Below, piece after piece: positions 10,009 through 19,789 of a stretch of 52,415 nucleotides of DNA (position 1 is its first letter; every line of letters starts with the position of its first letter). Made by a program: the position numbers and the translations under genes. The stretch is from positions 1 to 52,415 of the forward strand of contig CAIUKP010000056.1 in assembly GCA_903899675.1 (NCBI GenBank), in the 5' to 3' direction. Source of the DNA: an uncultured Bacteroidota bacterium (GTDB lineage: Bacteria > Bacteroidota > Bacteroidia > Chitinophagales > Chitinophagaceae). The notes below the pieces were generated by a model. It had not been told where the DNA came from. It saw nothing but the letters and a program-made list of their open reading frames with translations, and did no database searches.

Positions 10009-10719
10009 ATGAAAAAACAGGCGGTAATTCTTTCCGGCGGAAAAGGGAAACGACTCAGACCCTATACCGTAGTGCTACCCAAGCCGCTTATGCCGGTAGG
10101 AGAATACCCGATATTAGAAGTTATTATCCGCCAACTAGCCTTACAGGGATTTGAGCAGATTACCCTTGCGGTAAATCACCAGGCCGAATTGATTAAGGCA
10201 TTCTTTGGAGACGGCAGTAAATGGAATATCCCTATTACCTATTCATTAGAAGATGAGCCGCTGGGTACCATGGGGCCATTGAAATTAATAAATGAGCTGC
10301 CAGCACATTTTCTAGTGATGAACGGAGATATTTTAACCGACCTGCCTTTTGGCAATTTTTTTAATGACCATGTATCTCATGGATCCGCATTTACCATCTG
10401 CTCTCACGAGCGCGTAGAAAAAATTGATTACGGTGTATTGGATACGGAAAACGGAATGTTAACCGGATTTCGCGAAAAACCGGTAAGTACTTATGAAGTG
10501 AGTATGGGCATTTATATGGTAAGCCGGCAAGCCGCAGATAAAATACCCGCAAACGTTTCTTATGGATTCGATCAGCTGATGTTACAATTGCTGAAAGAGC
10601 AACTGCCGGTGCGGGTAGAAAAATATTCGGGACTATGGCTGGATATTGGTCGGCCGGATGACTATCTCGAAGCCATAGAAAAATTTGATCAGCTGAAGGA
10701 TAAAATATTATATGCATAA
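10009..10719 (+). CDS. Sugar-phosphate nucleotidyltransferase
   Basis: ILSGGKGKRLRP...PKPL, EPLGT, VMNGD and WLDIG motifs. Confidence 0.9.
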   Translation: MKKQAVILSGGKGKRLRPYTVVLPKPLMPVGEYPILEVIIRQLALQGFEQITLAVNHQAELIKAFFGDGSKWNIPITYSLEDEPLGTMGPLKLINELPAHFLVMNGDILTDLPFGNFFNDHVSHGSAFTICSHERVEKIDYGVLDTENGMLTGFREKPVSTYEVSMGIYMVSRQAADKIPANVSYGFDQLMLQLLKEQLPVRVEKYSGLWLDIGRPDDYLEAIEKFDQLKDKILYA

Positions 10720-11575
10720 AATGCTGATAACGGGTGCCAATGGATTTATTGGAAAAAAACTTTGCCAACTACTTCCGGCGGAAAACTATACTATTACGGC
10801 ACTTACCCACCAGCAGGGAGAAATTACCCATGCAGCCATCTGGCAATCACTGCCACCTAATGATGTAGTAATTCATCTCGCATCAAAAACTTTTGTGCCC
10901 GATAGCTGGAATAACCCGGGTGTTTTTATAGAAACCAACACGTTGGGCACGCTGCAGGCATTAGAGTATTGCAGAAAACATGGGGCGGCTATGATTTATA
11001 TCAGCTCGTATTTATATGGAAATCCCTCCGCACTGCCTATCCCGGAAACAGCTCCATTATTTACGCCCAATCCCTATGCATTCAGCAAAAAAACAGCAGA
11101 AGATTACTGCAAATTTTACCACGATTGTTTTCAAGTGCCCGTAACCATCCTACGGCCATTTAATATTTACGGGGAAGAACAGCATGCAAGTTTTCTTATT
11201 CCTATGCTAATTGAGCAAGCCCTACAACAAACAGAATTTCGGGTGAAGGATTTACTGCCCAAAAGAGATTACCTGTATATTTCCGACTTTATCAATGCAC
11301 TGATAGCCTGCATACCACTGCGAGGGTTTCATTTGTTCAATATAGGGTCCGGAATTAGTTACAGTGTAGCAGAAATTATCAGCCTACTACAAAAAATACA
11401 AAATACCCAATACCCGGTATTTAGTGAAAACATCCAGCGCCCGAATGAAATTATGAATACGGTAGCCGATATTCAGCTGGCAAAACAAATACTTACATGG
11501 GAGCCAAGCACATCTATGGAACAGGGCCTGAGGCGCCTACTTCATTACAATCAATCTGCAAATTCGTATAGCTAG
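10712..11575 (+). CDS. NAD-dependent epimerase/dehydratase/reductase (extended SDR)
   Basis: ITGANGFIG, PYAFSK (YxxxK), RPFNIYG; overlaps the upstream gene by 8 nt. Confidence 0.88.
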   Translation: MHKMLITGANGFIGKKLCQLLPAENYTITALTHQQGEITHAAIWQSLPPNDVVIHLASKTFVPDSWNNPGVFIETNTLGTLQALEYCRKHGAAMIYISSYLYGNPSALPIPETAPLFTPNPYAFSKKTAEDYCKFYHDCFQVPVTILRPFNIYGEEQHASFLIPMLIEQALQQTEFRVKDLLPKRDYLYISDFINALIACIPLRGFHLFNIGSGISYSVAEIISLLQKIQNTQYPVFSENIQRPNEIMNTVADIQLAKQILTWEPSTSMEQGLRRLLHYNQSANSYS

Positions 11576-11596
11576 GGGCACTTAGAAATTAAGTTT

Positions 11597-11604
11597 TACC
11601 TTTG
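11597..11604 (+). promoter_or_regulatory. -7 promoter element immediately before the GT2 gene
   Basis: TACCTTTG 5 nt upstream of the ATG at 11610. Confidence 0.5.
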
Positions 11605-11609
11605 CATTT

Positions 11610-12551
11610 ATGCTATCAGGTACCCCCCGAAAGTCAATATCAATCATTATCCCTGTTTGTAACGAAAGAGGGAACCTGCCTTTGTTGATCAGCGAATTAG
11701 AAGAAGTATGTTCGGCATTGCCTTATGAGTACAGTTTCATTTTTGTGGAAGACAGCAGTACAGATGGCACTTTGGAATACATCAAAGAACAGACTAAACA
11801 GCATCCCCATATTTACTATATATCCCTTACCAAAAGTTTTGGTCACCAAAATGCCCTGAAAGCAGGTTTAGACCGAACTACCACCGATGCGGTAATTATG
11901 ATGGATGGAGATTTGCAACATCCGCCCTCCCTCATTCCAGAATTAATACAGCAATGGGAAGCAGGTAATGATATTGTTTATACCATTCGAAACGACCATA
12001 AGGAAATCAGTTTATGGAAGAAAAATACTTCCCGTATTTTTTATGATGTAATCAATAATCTATCAGATATTGATATAGAACCTGGCACAGCAGACTTTAG
12101 GTTGATGGATAAAAAAACAGTAGAAGTATTTCGCAGTTTTCAGGAAACGGATCTTTTTTTAAGGGGGCTCATTAAATGGATGGGCTTTACCCAAATTGGA
12201 ATCGAATATACATCTCGGCTTCGACAGAGTGGTGCCACTAAATATTCAATAAAAAAAATGTTCCGGTTTGCATTGCAGGGCATCACTTCCTTTAGCACCA
12301 AACCCCTCTATATTGCTGCTTATTTAGGACTGTTCTTTTCACTCTGCTCGGTAGTTTATATCCCCTATATCATTTATGCCTATACTTTTGGTCATTCGGT
12401 TTCTGGATGGGGATCATTGATCGCTACCATTGCTTTTTTTGGGGGACTCCAACTGATGATTTTGGGTATTGTTGGGCTTTATATTGGTAAGATTTATATG
12501 CAGGGAAAGAATCGCCCCCACTATATTGTAAAAGAAACCAACCTGGTATGA
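11610..12551 (+). CDS. GT2 polyprenyl-phosphate glycosyltransferase (GtrB/ArnC/DPM1-like)
   Basis: SIIIPVCNE, DSSTDGT, FGHQNAL, MDGDLQHPP, DFRLMD, two C-terminal TM helices. Confidence 0.9.
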   Translation: MLSGTPRKSISIIIPVCNERGNLPLLISELEEVCSALPYEYSFIFVEDSSTDGTLEYIKEQTKQHPHIYYISLTKSFGHQNALKAGLDRTTTDAVIMMDGDLQHPPSLIPELIQQWEAGNDIVYTIRNDHKEISLWKKNTSRIFYDVINNLSDIDIEPGTADFRLMDKKTVEVFRSFQETDLFLRGLIKWMGFTQIGIEYTSRLRQSGATKYSIKKMFRFALQGITSFSTKPLYIAAYLGLFFSLCSVVYIPYIIYAYTFGHSVSGWGSLIATIAFFGGLQLMILGIVGLYIGKIYMQGKNRPHYIVKETNLV

Positions 12552-13342
12552 AAAACCGGTACGTGTTGCTGAGTTTTGATGTGGAAGAGTTTGACATGCC
12601 CCTAGAATTTGGCACTTCCCTAACTGCCTCAGAACAACTAGAAGTAGGTAAGAAAGGACTGGATGCTGTTGCTCCCCTATTACAAAATACTGCCTTACAA
12701 ACTACCTTATTTACTACGGCACATTTTGCACAACAATACCCCGAAAGCATTCGGGCTTTGGCAACGCAACACGAAGTGGCTTCTCACACGTATTATCATT
12801 CCTGGTTCGAACCCGAACATCTAACCACATCCAAGCTGGCACTGGAATCTATTATTCAACAACCGATTAGCGGCCTACGCATGCCGCGAATGAAAGCAGT
12901 AGATATGCAATGGGTGGCAAACGCCGGCTACCAATACGACTCCTCCATTCACCCAACCTGGATACCGGGAAAATACAATCACCTAAGTGCCCCCAGAACC
13001 CTTACAAACCAGGCAGGAATCATTCGTGTACCCTCATCGGTAAGTGCTAACCTACGAATCCCCCAATTCTGGTTAAGTTTTAAAAACTTCCCCTATTCCA
13101 GTTATAAAAAGCTGGTATTGCAAACCCTGAAAAAAGACGGCTACTGCTGTTTGTATTTTCATCCCTGGGAATTTATAAATCTTGGTGGCTATGGATTACC
13201 TACCTATACACATCGAATTGATGGAGAAGCCTTACTAGAAAGATTATTTCGGCTGATAGCTGATTTGCAACCCGAAGGATCATTTATCACCATGGGGGAT
13301 TTTGTACGCGAAAAAGCAGGTACCACAGAAAGTGCCCGTTAG
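12548..13342 (+). CDS. Polysaccharide deacetylase (CE4, DUF3473-type)
   Basis: LSFDVEE, HEVASHTYYH, RMP, YDSS and YFHPWEF motifs; 4-nt overlap with GT2. Confidence 0.85.
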   Translation: MKNRYVLLSFDVEEFDMPLEFGTSLTASEQLEVGKKGLDAVAPLLQNTALQTTLFTTAHFAQQYPESIRALATQHEVASHTYYHSWFEPEHLTTSKLALESIIQQPISGLRMPRMKAVDMQWVANAGYQYDSSIHPTWIPGKYNHLSAPRTLTNQAGIIRVPSSVSANLRIPQFWLSFKNFPYSSYKKLVLQTLKKDGYCCLYFHPWEFINLGGYGLPTYTHRIDGEALLERLFRLIADLQPEGSFITMGDFVREKAGTTESAR

Positions 13343-13352
13343 TAAATGAACC

Positions 13353-13946
13353 ATGAATTATCTTGCCCACGCCGTTTTATCTTTTCAGCAGCCCGATATT
13401 CTTACCGGCAATATGATCAGTGATTTTGTAAAGGGCCGAAATCAATATACTTTTCCAGTAAACATTCAAAAAGGGATCCAGCTTCATCGGGCGATTGATA
13501 CATTTACCGACAGCCACCCATCTACCCGAGAAGCCAAACAATTACTAAAGCCCGCCTCCGGTGGATATGCCGGACCATTCATCGATATTGTATTTGATCA
13601 TTTTCTCAGCCTAGATGCAGCAGAAATTCCAACGGAAGGATGGGAAGTGTTTTCCCAATCAGTATATGTTCATCTTGAGTCGCAATCTTCCCTCCTACCC
13701 GAAACTTTCAAGAAGGTTTTACCCTACATGATACAACACAACTGGCTGGCAAATTATCACCATATCCATTCGATTGAAAAAAGTTTTCAGGGAATAGCGA
13801 GGCGTGCCAAATTTTTGGAAGATGCCCTTCCTGCTTTCCGACTTTTTGAGAGCGAATACCTACCATTACAAAAAATATATGCTGATTTCTTTCCTGAACT
13901 GAAAGAATTTGCCCAAACTAGTATGCAGGAATTATCTGCAGTTTAA
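13353..13946 (+). CDS. acpH: Acyl carrier protein phosphodiesterase (DUF479)
   Basis: MNYLAH, GN...DFVKG, LHRAIDTFTDSHP, DIVFDHFL. Confidence 0.85.
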   Translation: MNYLAHAVLSFQQPDILTGNMISDFVKGRNQYTFPVNIQKGIQLHRAIDTFTDSHPSTREAKQLLKPASGGYAGPFIDIVFDHFLSLDAAEIPTEGWEVFSQSVYVHLESQSSLLPETFKKVLPYMIQHNWLANYHHIHSIEKSFQGIARRAKFLEDALPAFRLFESEYLPLQKIYADFFPELKEFAQTSMQELSAV

Positions 13947-14000
13947 TTAGGCGTTAACCGATTCTTATTATAATAACCCATCTTTGCATAAATCTGCTTT

Positions 14001-15140
14001 ATGAAAACAGCTACCACCTATATCCATGCCGGGGCAACACCAGATCCCTCTACCGGCGCCATTATGACGCCCATCTTTCAAACCTCTACCTATGTGCAGG
14101 AAGCCCCGGGTGTAAATAAAGGATTTGAATATGCCCGTAGTCAAAACCCCACCCGACAAGCTCTGGAAACCGCTTTGGCTGCCATTGAATTTGGAAAATT
14201 TGGATTAGCATTTTCCAGCGGAGTAGCTGCCACCGATGCAGTTATCAAATTACTAAGCCCAGGCGATGAAGTAATCGCCCCCCATGATATGTACGGTGGC
14301 ACCTATCGACTATTTACAAAAGTGTTTGCCAAATTTGGGATTGTATTTAAATATGTAGACACTGCATCCATTGCTAATATTGAAGCCGTAATTACTCCAA
14401 AAACCCGACTGATCTGGATTGAAACCCCTACCAATCCACTCATGAATATTACCGATATTGCCGCTACGGCAACCATTGCCAAAAAAGCTGGCGCCTTATT
14501 ATGCGTTGACAATACGTTTGCATCTCCTTACCTGCAAAATCCGCTTACCCTCGGTGCTGATATTGTTATGCATTCTGCTACCAAATACCTGGGTGGCCAT
14601 AGCGATGTGATTCAGGGATGTTTGGTAATGAACGACCCATCGCTGCGTGATCAATTATATTTTATACAAAAAAGCTGTGGAGCAGTTCCAGGTCCAATGG
14701 ATTGCTTTTTAGTACTGAGAGGCATCAAAACCCTGCACCTGCGCATGCAACGCCATTGTGAAAACGGAGAGAAAATTGCTCTCTTCCTGAGAAACCATCC
14801 TTCCGTTAGCAAAGTATTCTGGTGCGGGTTTAACGATCACCCCAACTATGCCGTTGCAAAACAGCAAATGAAAGGTTTTGGAGGTATGATGAGTTTTGAA
14901 TTGAAGAATGATAGCCCCGAAAATGTGAAACGCGTATTGTCGTCTACCCATCTCTTCTCGCTCGCAGAAAGCCTGGGAGGAGTTGAATCTTTAATTAATC
15001 ACCCCTCTTCTATGACGCATGCCTCTATTCCCCGCGAAGAAAGATTAAAAAACGGACTAACGGATAGCCTAATTCGGTTAAGTGTTGGCGTAGAAGATGC
15101 CGATGATTTAATAGTCGACCTGAATGCGGCAATCGGTTAA
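14001..15140 (+). CDS. Cystathionine gamma-synthase/gamma-lyase (PLP-dependent transsulfuration enzyme)
   Basis: YARSQNPT, YGGT, ETPTNP, DNTF, SATKYLGGHSD (PLP lysine), AESLGG. Confidence 0.92.
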   Translation: MKTATTYIHAGATPDPSTGAIMTPIFQTSTYVQEAPGVNKGFEYARSQNPTRQALETALAAIEFGKFGLAFSSGVAATDAVIKLLSPGDEVIAPHDMYGGTYRLFTKVFAKFGIVFKYVDTASIANIEAVITPKTRLIWIETPTNPLMNITDIAATATIAKKAGALLCVDNTFASPYLQNPLTLGADIVMHSATKYLGGHSDVIQGCLVMNDPSLRDQLYFIQKSCGAVPGPMDCFLVLRGIKTLHLRMQRHCENGEKIALFLRNHPSVSKVFWCGFNDHPNYAVAKQQMKGFGGMMSFELKNDSPENVKRVLSSTHLFSLAESLGGVESLINHPSSMTHASIPREERLKNGLTDSLIRLSVGVEDADDLIVDLNAAIG

Positions 15141-15159
15141 CCGCATTGAATCTATTACC

Positions 15160-15957
15160 ATGCCTCCGGCAAAAAGAATCAAAAACCCGCTTGCAACCCT
15201 ACTAGAAGAAAGGGTACGCAGATACAATCAGCCTTCTTTTATTTCGGCCGACCCCATCTGCATACCCCACGCCTATACCCTACAGCAGGATATTGAAATA
15301 GCCGGTTTATTTGCCGCCATTCTTGCCTGGGGTAATCGAACTACCATCATTGCCAAAAGCAGGGAAATACTGCATCGTATGGACAATGCCCCCTACGATT
15401 TTTGCAAAAATCATCAACCGGCCGATTTGCAAGCCATGCTGGGATTTAAACACCGCACTTTTAACGATACCGATTTATTATACTTTGTACATTTTCTGCA
15501 ACATCATTACCAGCAACACAATAGTCTGGAAACTGCTTTTCTACCCAAGTCGGGGGCCTATCCTGAAATCAGCCATCCGACTGAAAAAAGACTCACCCAT
15601 TTTCACCGATATTTTTTTTCGCTGGAAGATGCACCTAACAGAACCCGAAAACATATTGCTACCCCTGAAAAAGGATCTGCCTGTAAAAGACTGAATATGT
15701 TTCTAAGATGGATGGTTCGGAACGACAAAAAGGGTGTGGACTTTGGTATCTGGAAAAAAATTTCTCCTGCAGATTTGATTTGTCCAATCGACCTACATGT
15801 AGCCCGTGTAGCCAGAAAGCTGGGATTATTACAACGCACTTCAACCGACTGGCAGGCAGCTATGGAATTAACCGCCGAACTGAAAGTGTTCGATCAGCAA
15901 GATCCCGTTAAATATGATTTTGCCCTTTTCGGACTGGGCGTGATTGAAAAATTTTAA
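15160..15957 (+). CDS. TIGR02757 / DUF2400 family protein
   Basis: DPICIPH, AWGNR, SACKRLNMFLRWMVR, DLHV, DPVKYDFALFG; start uncertain (15124 or 15160). Confidence 0.85.
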   Translation: MPPAKRIKNPLATLLEERVRRYNQPSFISADPICIPHAYTLQQDIEIAGLFAAILAWGNRTTIIAKSREILHRMDNAPYDFCKNHQPADLQAMLGFKHRTFNDTDLLYFVHFLQHHYQQHNSLETAFLPKSGAYPEISHPTEKRLTHFHRYFFSLEDAPNRTRKHIATPEKGSACKRLNMFLRWMVRNDKKGVDFGIWKKISPADLICPIDLHVARVARKLGLLQRTSTDWQAAMELTAELKVFDQQDPVKYDFALFGLGVIEKF

Positions 15958-16025
15958 CCCTGCCAAAACCAGTAAACCAACCACAAGCAATTACCTTTAT
16001 CTCATTATTCATTACCACATTTTAT

Positions 16026-16301
16026 ATGATTTCAGATATCAGTCTCTTACCCAGCCTATCCCCTGAAGCGCTTGCTGCAGAGGTGAATGAAATGATTGAA
16101 CATAATTTCGAGGGACTGATTCAAATATTATACCGGATGGATGTTAGCGAACACAAGCTGAAAGAAGTATTGGCAGCCAACCAACAGGAGGATGCCGGGA
16201 AACTGATTACGGCTGTGATTTTAGAGCGATTGGCCCAAAGAGAAAAAGCCAGACAATTATTCAAACCGCAAACTGATATTCCTGAAGAAGACAAATGGTA
16301 A
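16026..16301 (+). CDS. Small helical hypothetical protein
   Basis: 91-aa ORF with plausible codon content, LIQILYRMDVSE core and a TACCTTTA promoter-like box upstream. Confidence 0.7.
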   Translation: MISDISLLPSLSPEALAAEVNEMIEHNFEGLIQILYRMDVSEHKLKEVLAANQQEDAGKLITAVILERLAQREKARQLFKPQTDIPEEDKW

Positions 16302-16315
16302 AAGTGATCAGTGTG

Positions 16316-18811
16316 CTATTTAATCAATTGGTCGATGCGAACAAACCGATAGCCCTGTTGTGAATACTTTTTGATTATTGATTCCAATTGGGTAAATAAT
16401 TTTTCCTTCCGTCGAGTATCCGCTCCTGCGTGAATAAGTAATATACTTCCATTTAATCCATTCTGCTGCTCATTAGATGCCTTGTTAAGTAGCTGCAATA
16501 TCTGATCATTACTCTTATAAGCTGCTCCCATTTCGGGATAGGTATAATCAGCCGGCGTTCCTAAACCTGACGAGCAACTAAATAATCGAATGCCTTCTTC
16601 GGCCAGCCATCCGGCAACTTCCCAGTTCCACCATTCATAGGGCGGAATATACAAACCCGAGAAACCATCATCCGAAATACCCAATGCACGCATGGCAGAG
16701 AGATTATTTTTCAAATCCTGCAACAGAGAGTCCCGACTTACCATGGTACTATCTCTTTTCTTCCAGTCGCAATAAAGTAAATGCTGATCAGAATGTGGCC
16801 CCAGTAGATGACCATCTTGATACAATCCCTTTATATCATTGACAAAAGAAGAGTTGCGATAAAATCTTCCCGTAAAATAAAAAGCTGCGGGCAGTTTTTC
16901 TTTTTGCAAGGTTTTTCGGATGGTCGCCAGTCCTTCCCCAAATTCATCGCCGGTAAACACCAATGCAATTTCTTTTTTCTGAATACTGCCCCGAACCACG
17001 GCTCCTTGCTGAAGCGTATAATCAGCTGCTTTTGTATGATTGCTCTCTGCCTGCAACGCAGCCAACAGATAAATTAAACTGGCAGTACCATCCATGGTGG
17101 GTTCATTGGTACTATAATCTCCATAATCATCATGGTACACTGCCAAATCACTTTGAAAAGGCGCGTACTCATCCGTTTCCATCAACTGTATACCAATCAA
17201 GTTTTTGTATATCGATGTATATACAGGTCCGTCAACCAGCCCACCGTTTATGGGATATTTTTTCAAATGCGTAAAAGCCGAATGGGGGTCTTCCGGTGTA
17301 TCTCCTTTTTCGGGGAGGCCATATACCATACTGGTTCCCCATGGATTGCAGCCGAACAACCAATCAATATTCGCCTGCTCCAAATCCTGAAAAGAAGTAT
17401 CGCCGGATAACTGTCGATACCATCTGCATTGAATGGCAAACTGCACGGTTAAATTGTTACTGCACCAGATAAACGGTATTCCCCGCAAAAATGCATTGCC
17501 ACGGGCTCTTTGGCGAATGATTTCTATCCCCTGCCGATAATATCCAATCATTTTTTCTCTGGATGCTCCCGATAACAAGCGAGCCCATTCTCCATGCCCC
17601 TCATTAATAAAAGGATACCATTGATAATGATTGGCTGTATCCCGAATCATCCAGGGAGTAATGGGTTCCTGCGCTGCCCACTGCATACTATTTTTCTGTA
17701 TTATTGAATCGCGCTTCCCCGATACATTGAATAAAGCCGCGCCGGCCAGTTCCATATCATCCGTCCAGTTTTCTTCTGCATAGATATAGGGCGAACGCAC
17801 CGAAACCGTTTGGGTATATCCCGGCTTATTGAGCCCCAACTCCCAGGCACTCTGCGCTTTTTTAAAAAGCAGGTTCGCAAAAGCAAGATCCGTTTTTTCA
17901 AACAGTTCAGACCCAAGCGCAAATGCACTGGCAAATTTTCCGGCGGTAGAGGCAGCCCCCGTTGTTTGGTTCATAAACTTGCCTCTTTGCTGAGGCTTGC
18001 CATTTACAAAATAAACTGGCCGTTCAAAGCCCTTTCCATAATAAGGATCTTCCTTCGGTATCCGCATATTCACATGGTCTCGATCATCTCCCAGTTGATT
18101 AAATAACCAATCGGGCCTAGGGTGCATTTTTAGCAGCCAATCCATTCCCCAGCGGGCCTCATCCAACACATCAACCATACCATTGGAACCGGGCAGCCCA
18201 TTCCGCTGATGCCGATCACCAAATACGCCCGGAAAATCTCTATAGGCTGCCAGTAATTGCCAGGTAGCATTAGCAGTGGTAGCGGAGTATTGCAAATAAT
18301 CACTGGCATCGTGCCAACCACCCGTAACATCAATATGTGTGCTGTCGGGCATAGGTCCGTATAAAGTATAGCCGTCGTGGGTATGACAACTATCTTTTAA
18401 ATAAGGATTATATCCACTTCTTTGTTGCCGCATGTACTGAAGACAAAAATCAGCCGCGCCATTATAAACTGTATCGCTGATTGAAAATACAGGGGAACGG
18501 CTATTGCCGGATTGGATATAATATTTCCCGGGAATTTGTACAACAGAAAAATCAATTCGGGCCGTGCGTTTGAAAGGGCCGTAGGCACCAAAAGAAGTAT
18601 CTGCTTTTCCCTGATACACTTTTCTGCCGGTAAGCTGATGAATAATTTCAAACCTCATGGGGGCTGCCTTTTCTTTGCTGCACCAGACTGCCTGTTTTTT
18701 TCCATGAATTGTATAGCCCAGCTGGTTAATGCGAATCCAGCTGCTATCGGCTGCAAGGGCAACAAGGGGTAAGCTACATAGTAAACCTACAAAAGTGATT
18801 CGTATTTTCAT
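16316..18811 (-). CDS. Secreted GH9 glycoside hydrolase (Ig-like + catalytic domain) fused to a C-terminal CE4/NodB deacetylase domain
   Basis: Signal peptide from the ATG at 18811; WIRINQLGY, GGWHDASDY and STNEPTMD (GH9); FTGD, HSDQH, PPYE and LLIH (NodB-like). Confidence 0.85.
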   Translation of the reverse strand: MKIRITFVGLLCSLPLVALAADSSWIRINQLGYTIHGKKQAVWCSKEKAAPMRFEIIHQLTGRKVYQGKADTSFGAYGPFKRTARIDFSVVQIPGKYYIQSGNSRSPVFSISDTVYNGAADFCLQYMRQQRSGYNPYLKDSCHTHDGYTLYGPMPDSTHIDVTGGWHDASDYLQYSATTANATWQLLAAYRDFPGVFGDRHQRNGLPGSNGMVDVLDEARWGMDWLLKMHPRPDWLFNQLGDDRDHVNMRIPKEDPYYGKGFERPVYFVNGKPQQRGKFMNQTTGAASTAGKFASAFALGSELFEKTDLAFANLLFKKAQSAWELGLNKPGYTQTVSVRSPYIYAEENWTDDMELAGAALFNVSGKRDSIIQKNSMQWAAQEPITPWMIRDTANHYQWYPFINEGHGEWARLLSGASREKMIGYYRQGIEIIRQRARGNAFLRGIPFIWCSNNLTVQFAIQCRWYRQLSGDTSFQDLEQANIDWLFGCNPWGTSMVYGLPEKGDTPEDPHSAFTHLKKYPINGGLVDGPVYTSIYKNLIGIQLMETDEYAPFQSDLAVYHDDYGDYSTNEPTMDGTASLIYLLAALQAESNHTKAADYTLQQGAVVRGSIQKKEIALVFTGDEFGEGLATIRKTLQKEKLPAAFYFTGRFYRNSSFVNDIKGLYQDGHLLGPHSDQHLLYCDWKKRDSTMVSRDSLLQDLKNNLSAMRALGISDDGFSGLYIPPYEWWNWEVAGWLAEEGIRLFSCSSGLGTPADYTYPEMGAAYKSNDQILQLLNKASNEQQNGLNGSILLIHAGADTRRKEKLFTQLESIIKKYSQQGYRFVRIDQLIK

Positions 18812-18882
18812 AAATATTTGCTCCTTAAAGATACAACAGCAATTGAATACAACCGGGTTGCGGGGCAGCCACAGAAATGAAT

Positions 18883-18890
18883 TACTTTTG
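18883..18890 (+). promoter_or_regulatory. -7 promoter element for the flavin reductase gene
   Basis: TACTTTTG 17 nt upstream of the ATG at 18908. Confidence 0.5.
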
Positions 18891-18907
18891 AAAAGAAGAT
18901 ACTGCAC

Positions 18908-19789
18908 ATGATACTTTACCCAACTGATTTGTCGCCCCTTGAAAAGCAATATTGGCTAAACTTTGCGGTAGCACCTCGCCCTATTTGTTTTGCCAGTACC
19001 ATTAGTGCAAATGGGGGAGTAAACCTGAGTCCATTCAGTTACTTTAATTTATTCAGTACATCTCCGGCAGTGGTAGTTTTTTCTGTTACCCGCAGAATGA
19101 AAGACAGCTCATTGAAACATACACTTCAAAATTTACTGGAAGTGCCTGAATTGGTAATCAATCTGGTAAGTGAATCGATGGTGCAGGCGATGAATCTCTC
19201 CAGTGCCGATTATCCGCAGGAAGTAAACGAATTTACAAAATCAGGCCTTACGGCTATACCGGCTCAGGTAGTTCGTCCACCCATGGTAAAAGAATCAATG
19301 ATTCGATTAGAATGCAGGGTGATGGAGATAAAAAGCCTAGGAGAAAATGCAGGTGCAGGTCAGCTGGTAATTGCTGAAGTTGTCTGCATACATTTTGAAA
19401 ATGAATTATTAACCGAAGATGGAAAAGTAGATGCCACCAAAATTGATCTGATTGCCCGGGGCGGAGAAGAATATTATTACCGCGCCAATGCCTCCTCACA
19501 ATTTAGGGTTGTACGTCCCCCTGCAATTCCCGGTATGGGAATAGATGCTTTACCCGATAGTATTCGAAAAAGCGAAGTGCTTACTGGTAATCAACTGGCA
19601 TTGCTTGCCTCCATTTCGGAAATACCCGAGGTGAATCCGGCTTTTATTGATTCGCATCTGCAACAGATTATTCAATACTTCTCCATAAATCCCACAGAAA
19701 TGGAGCAGGAAGTGCATCGGCTGGCTGCCGAATGGTTACAAAAAGGGAATACAGAAGCGGCCTGGCAGGTTTTGCTGGTAACCTTATAA
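18908..19789 (+). CDS. Flavin reductase (DIM6/NTAB) family protein
   Basis: APRPICFAST, NLSPFSYFN, KHTLQN, NEF..SGLT, LECRV. Confidence 0.88.
   Translation: MILYPTDLSPLEKQYWLNFAVAPRPICFASTISANGGVNLSPFSYFNLFSTSPAVVVFSVTRRMKDSSLKHTLQNLLEVPELVINLVSESMVQAMNLSSADYPQEVNEFTKSGLTAIPAQVVRPPMVKESMIRLECRVMEIKSLGENAGAGQLVIAEVVCIHFENELLTEDGKVDATKIDLIARGGEEYYYRANASSQFRVVRPPAIPGMGIDALPDSIRKSEVLTGNQLALLASISEIPEVNPAFIDSHLQQIIQYFSINPTEMEQEVHRLAAEWLQKGNTEAAWQVLLVTL

Noticed and set aside
8977-10719. Complete legionaminic acid pathway
   Set aside because: Only LegB-like and nucleotidyltransferase genes are present; no aminotransferase, NeuB, NeuC or NeuA
18812-18949. N-terminal extension of the GH9 ORF in the track
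   Set aside because: Overlaps the divergent gene and promoter; the signal peptide starts at the ATG at 18811
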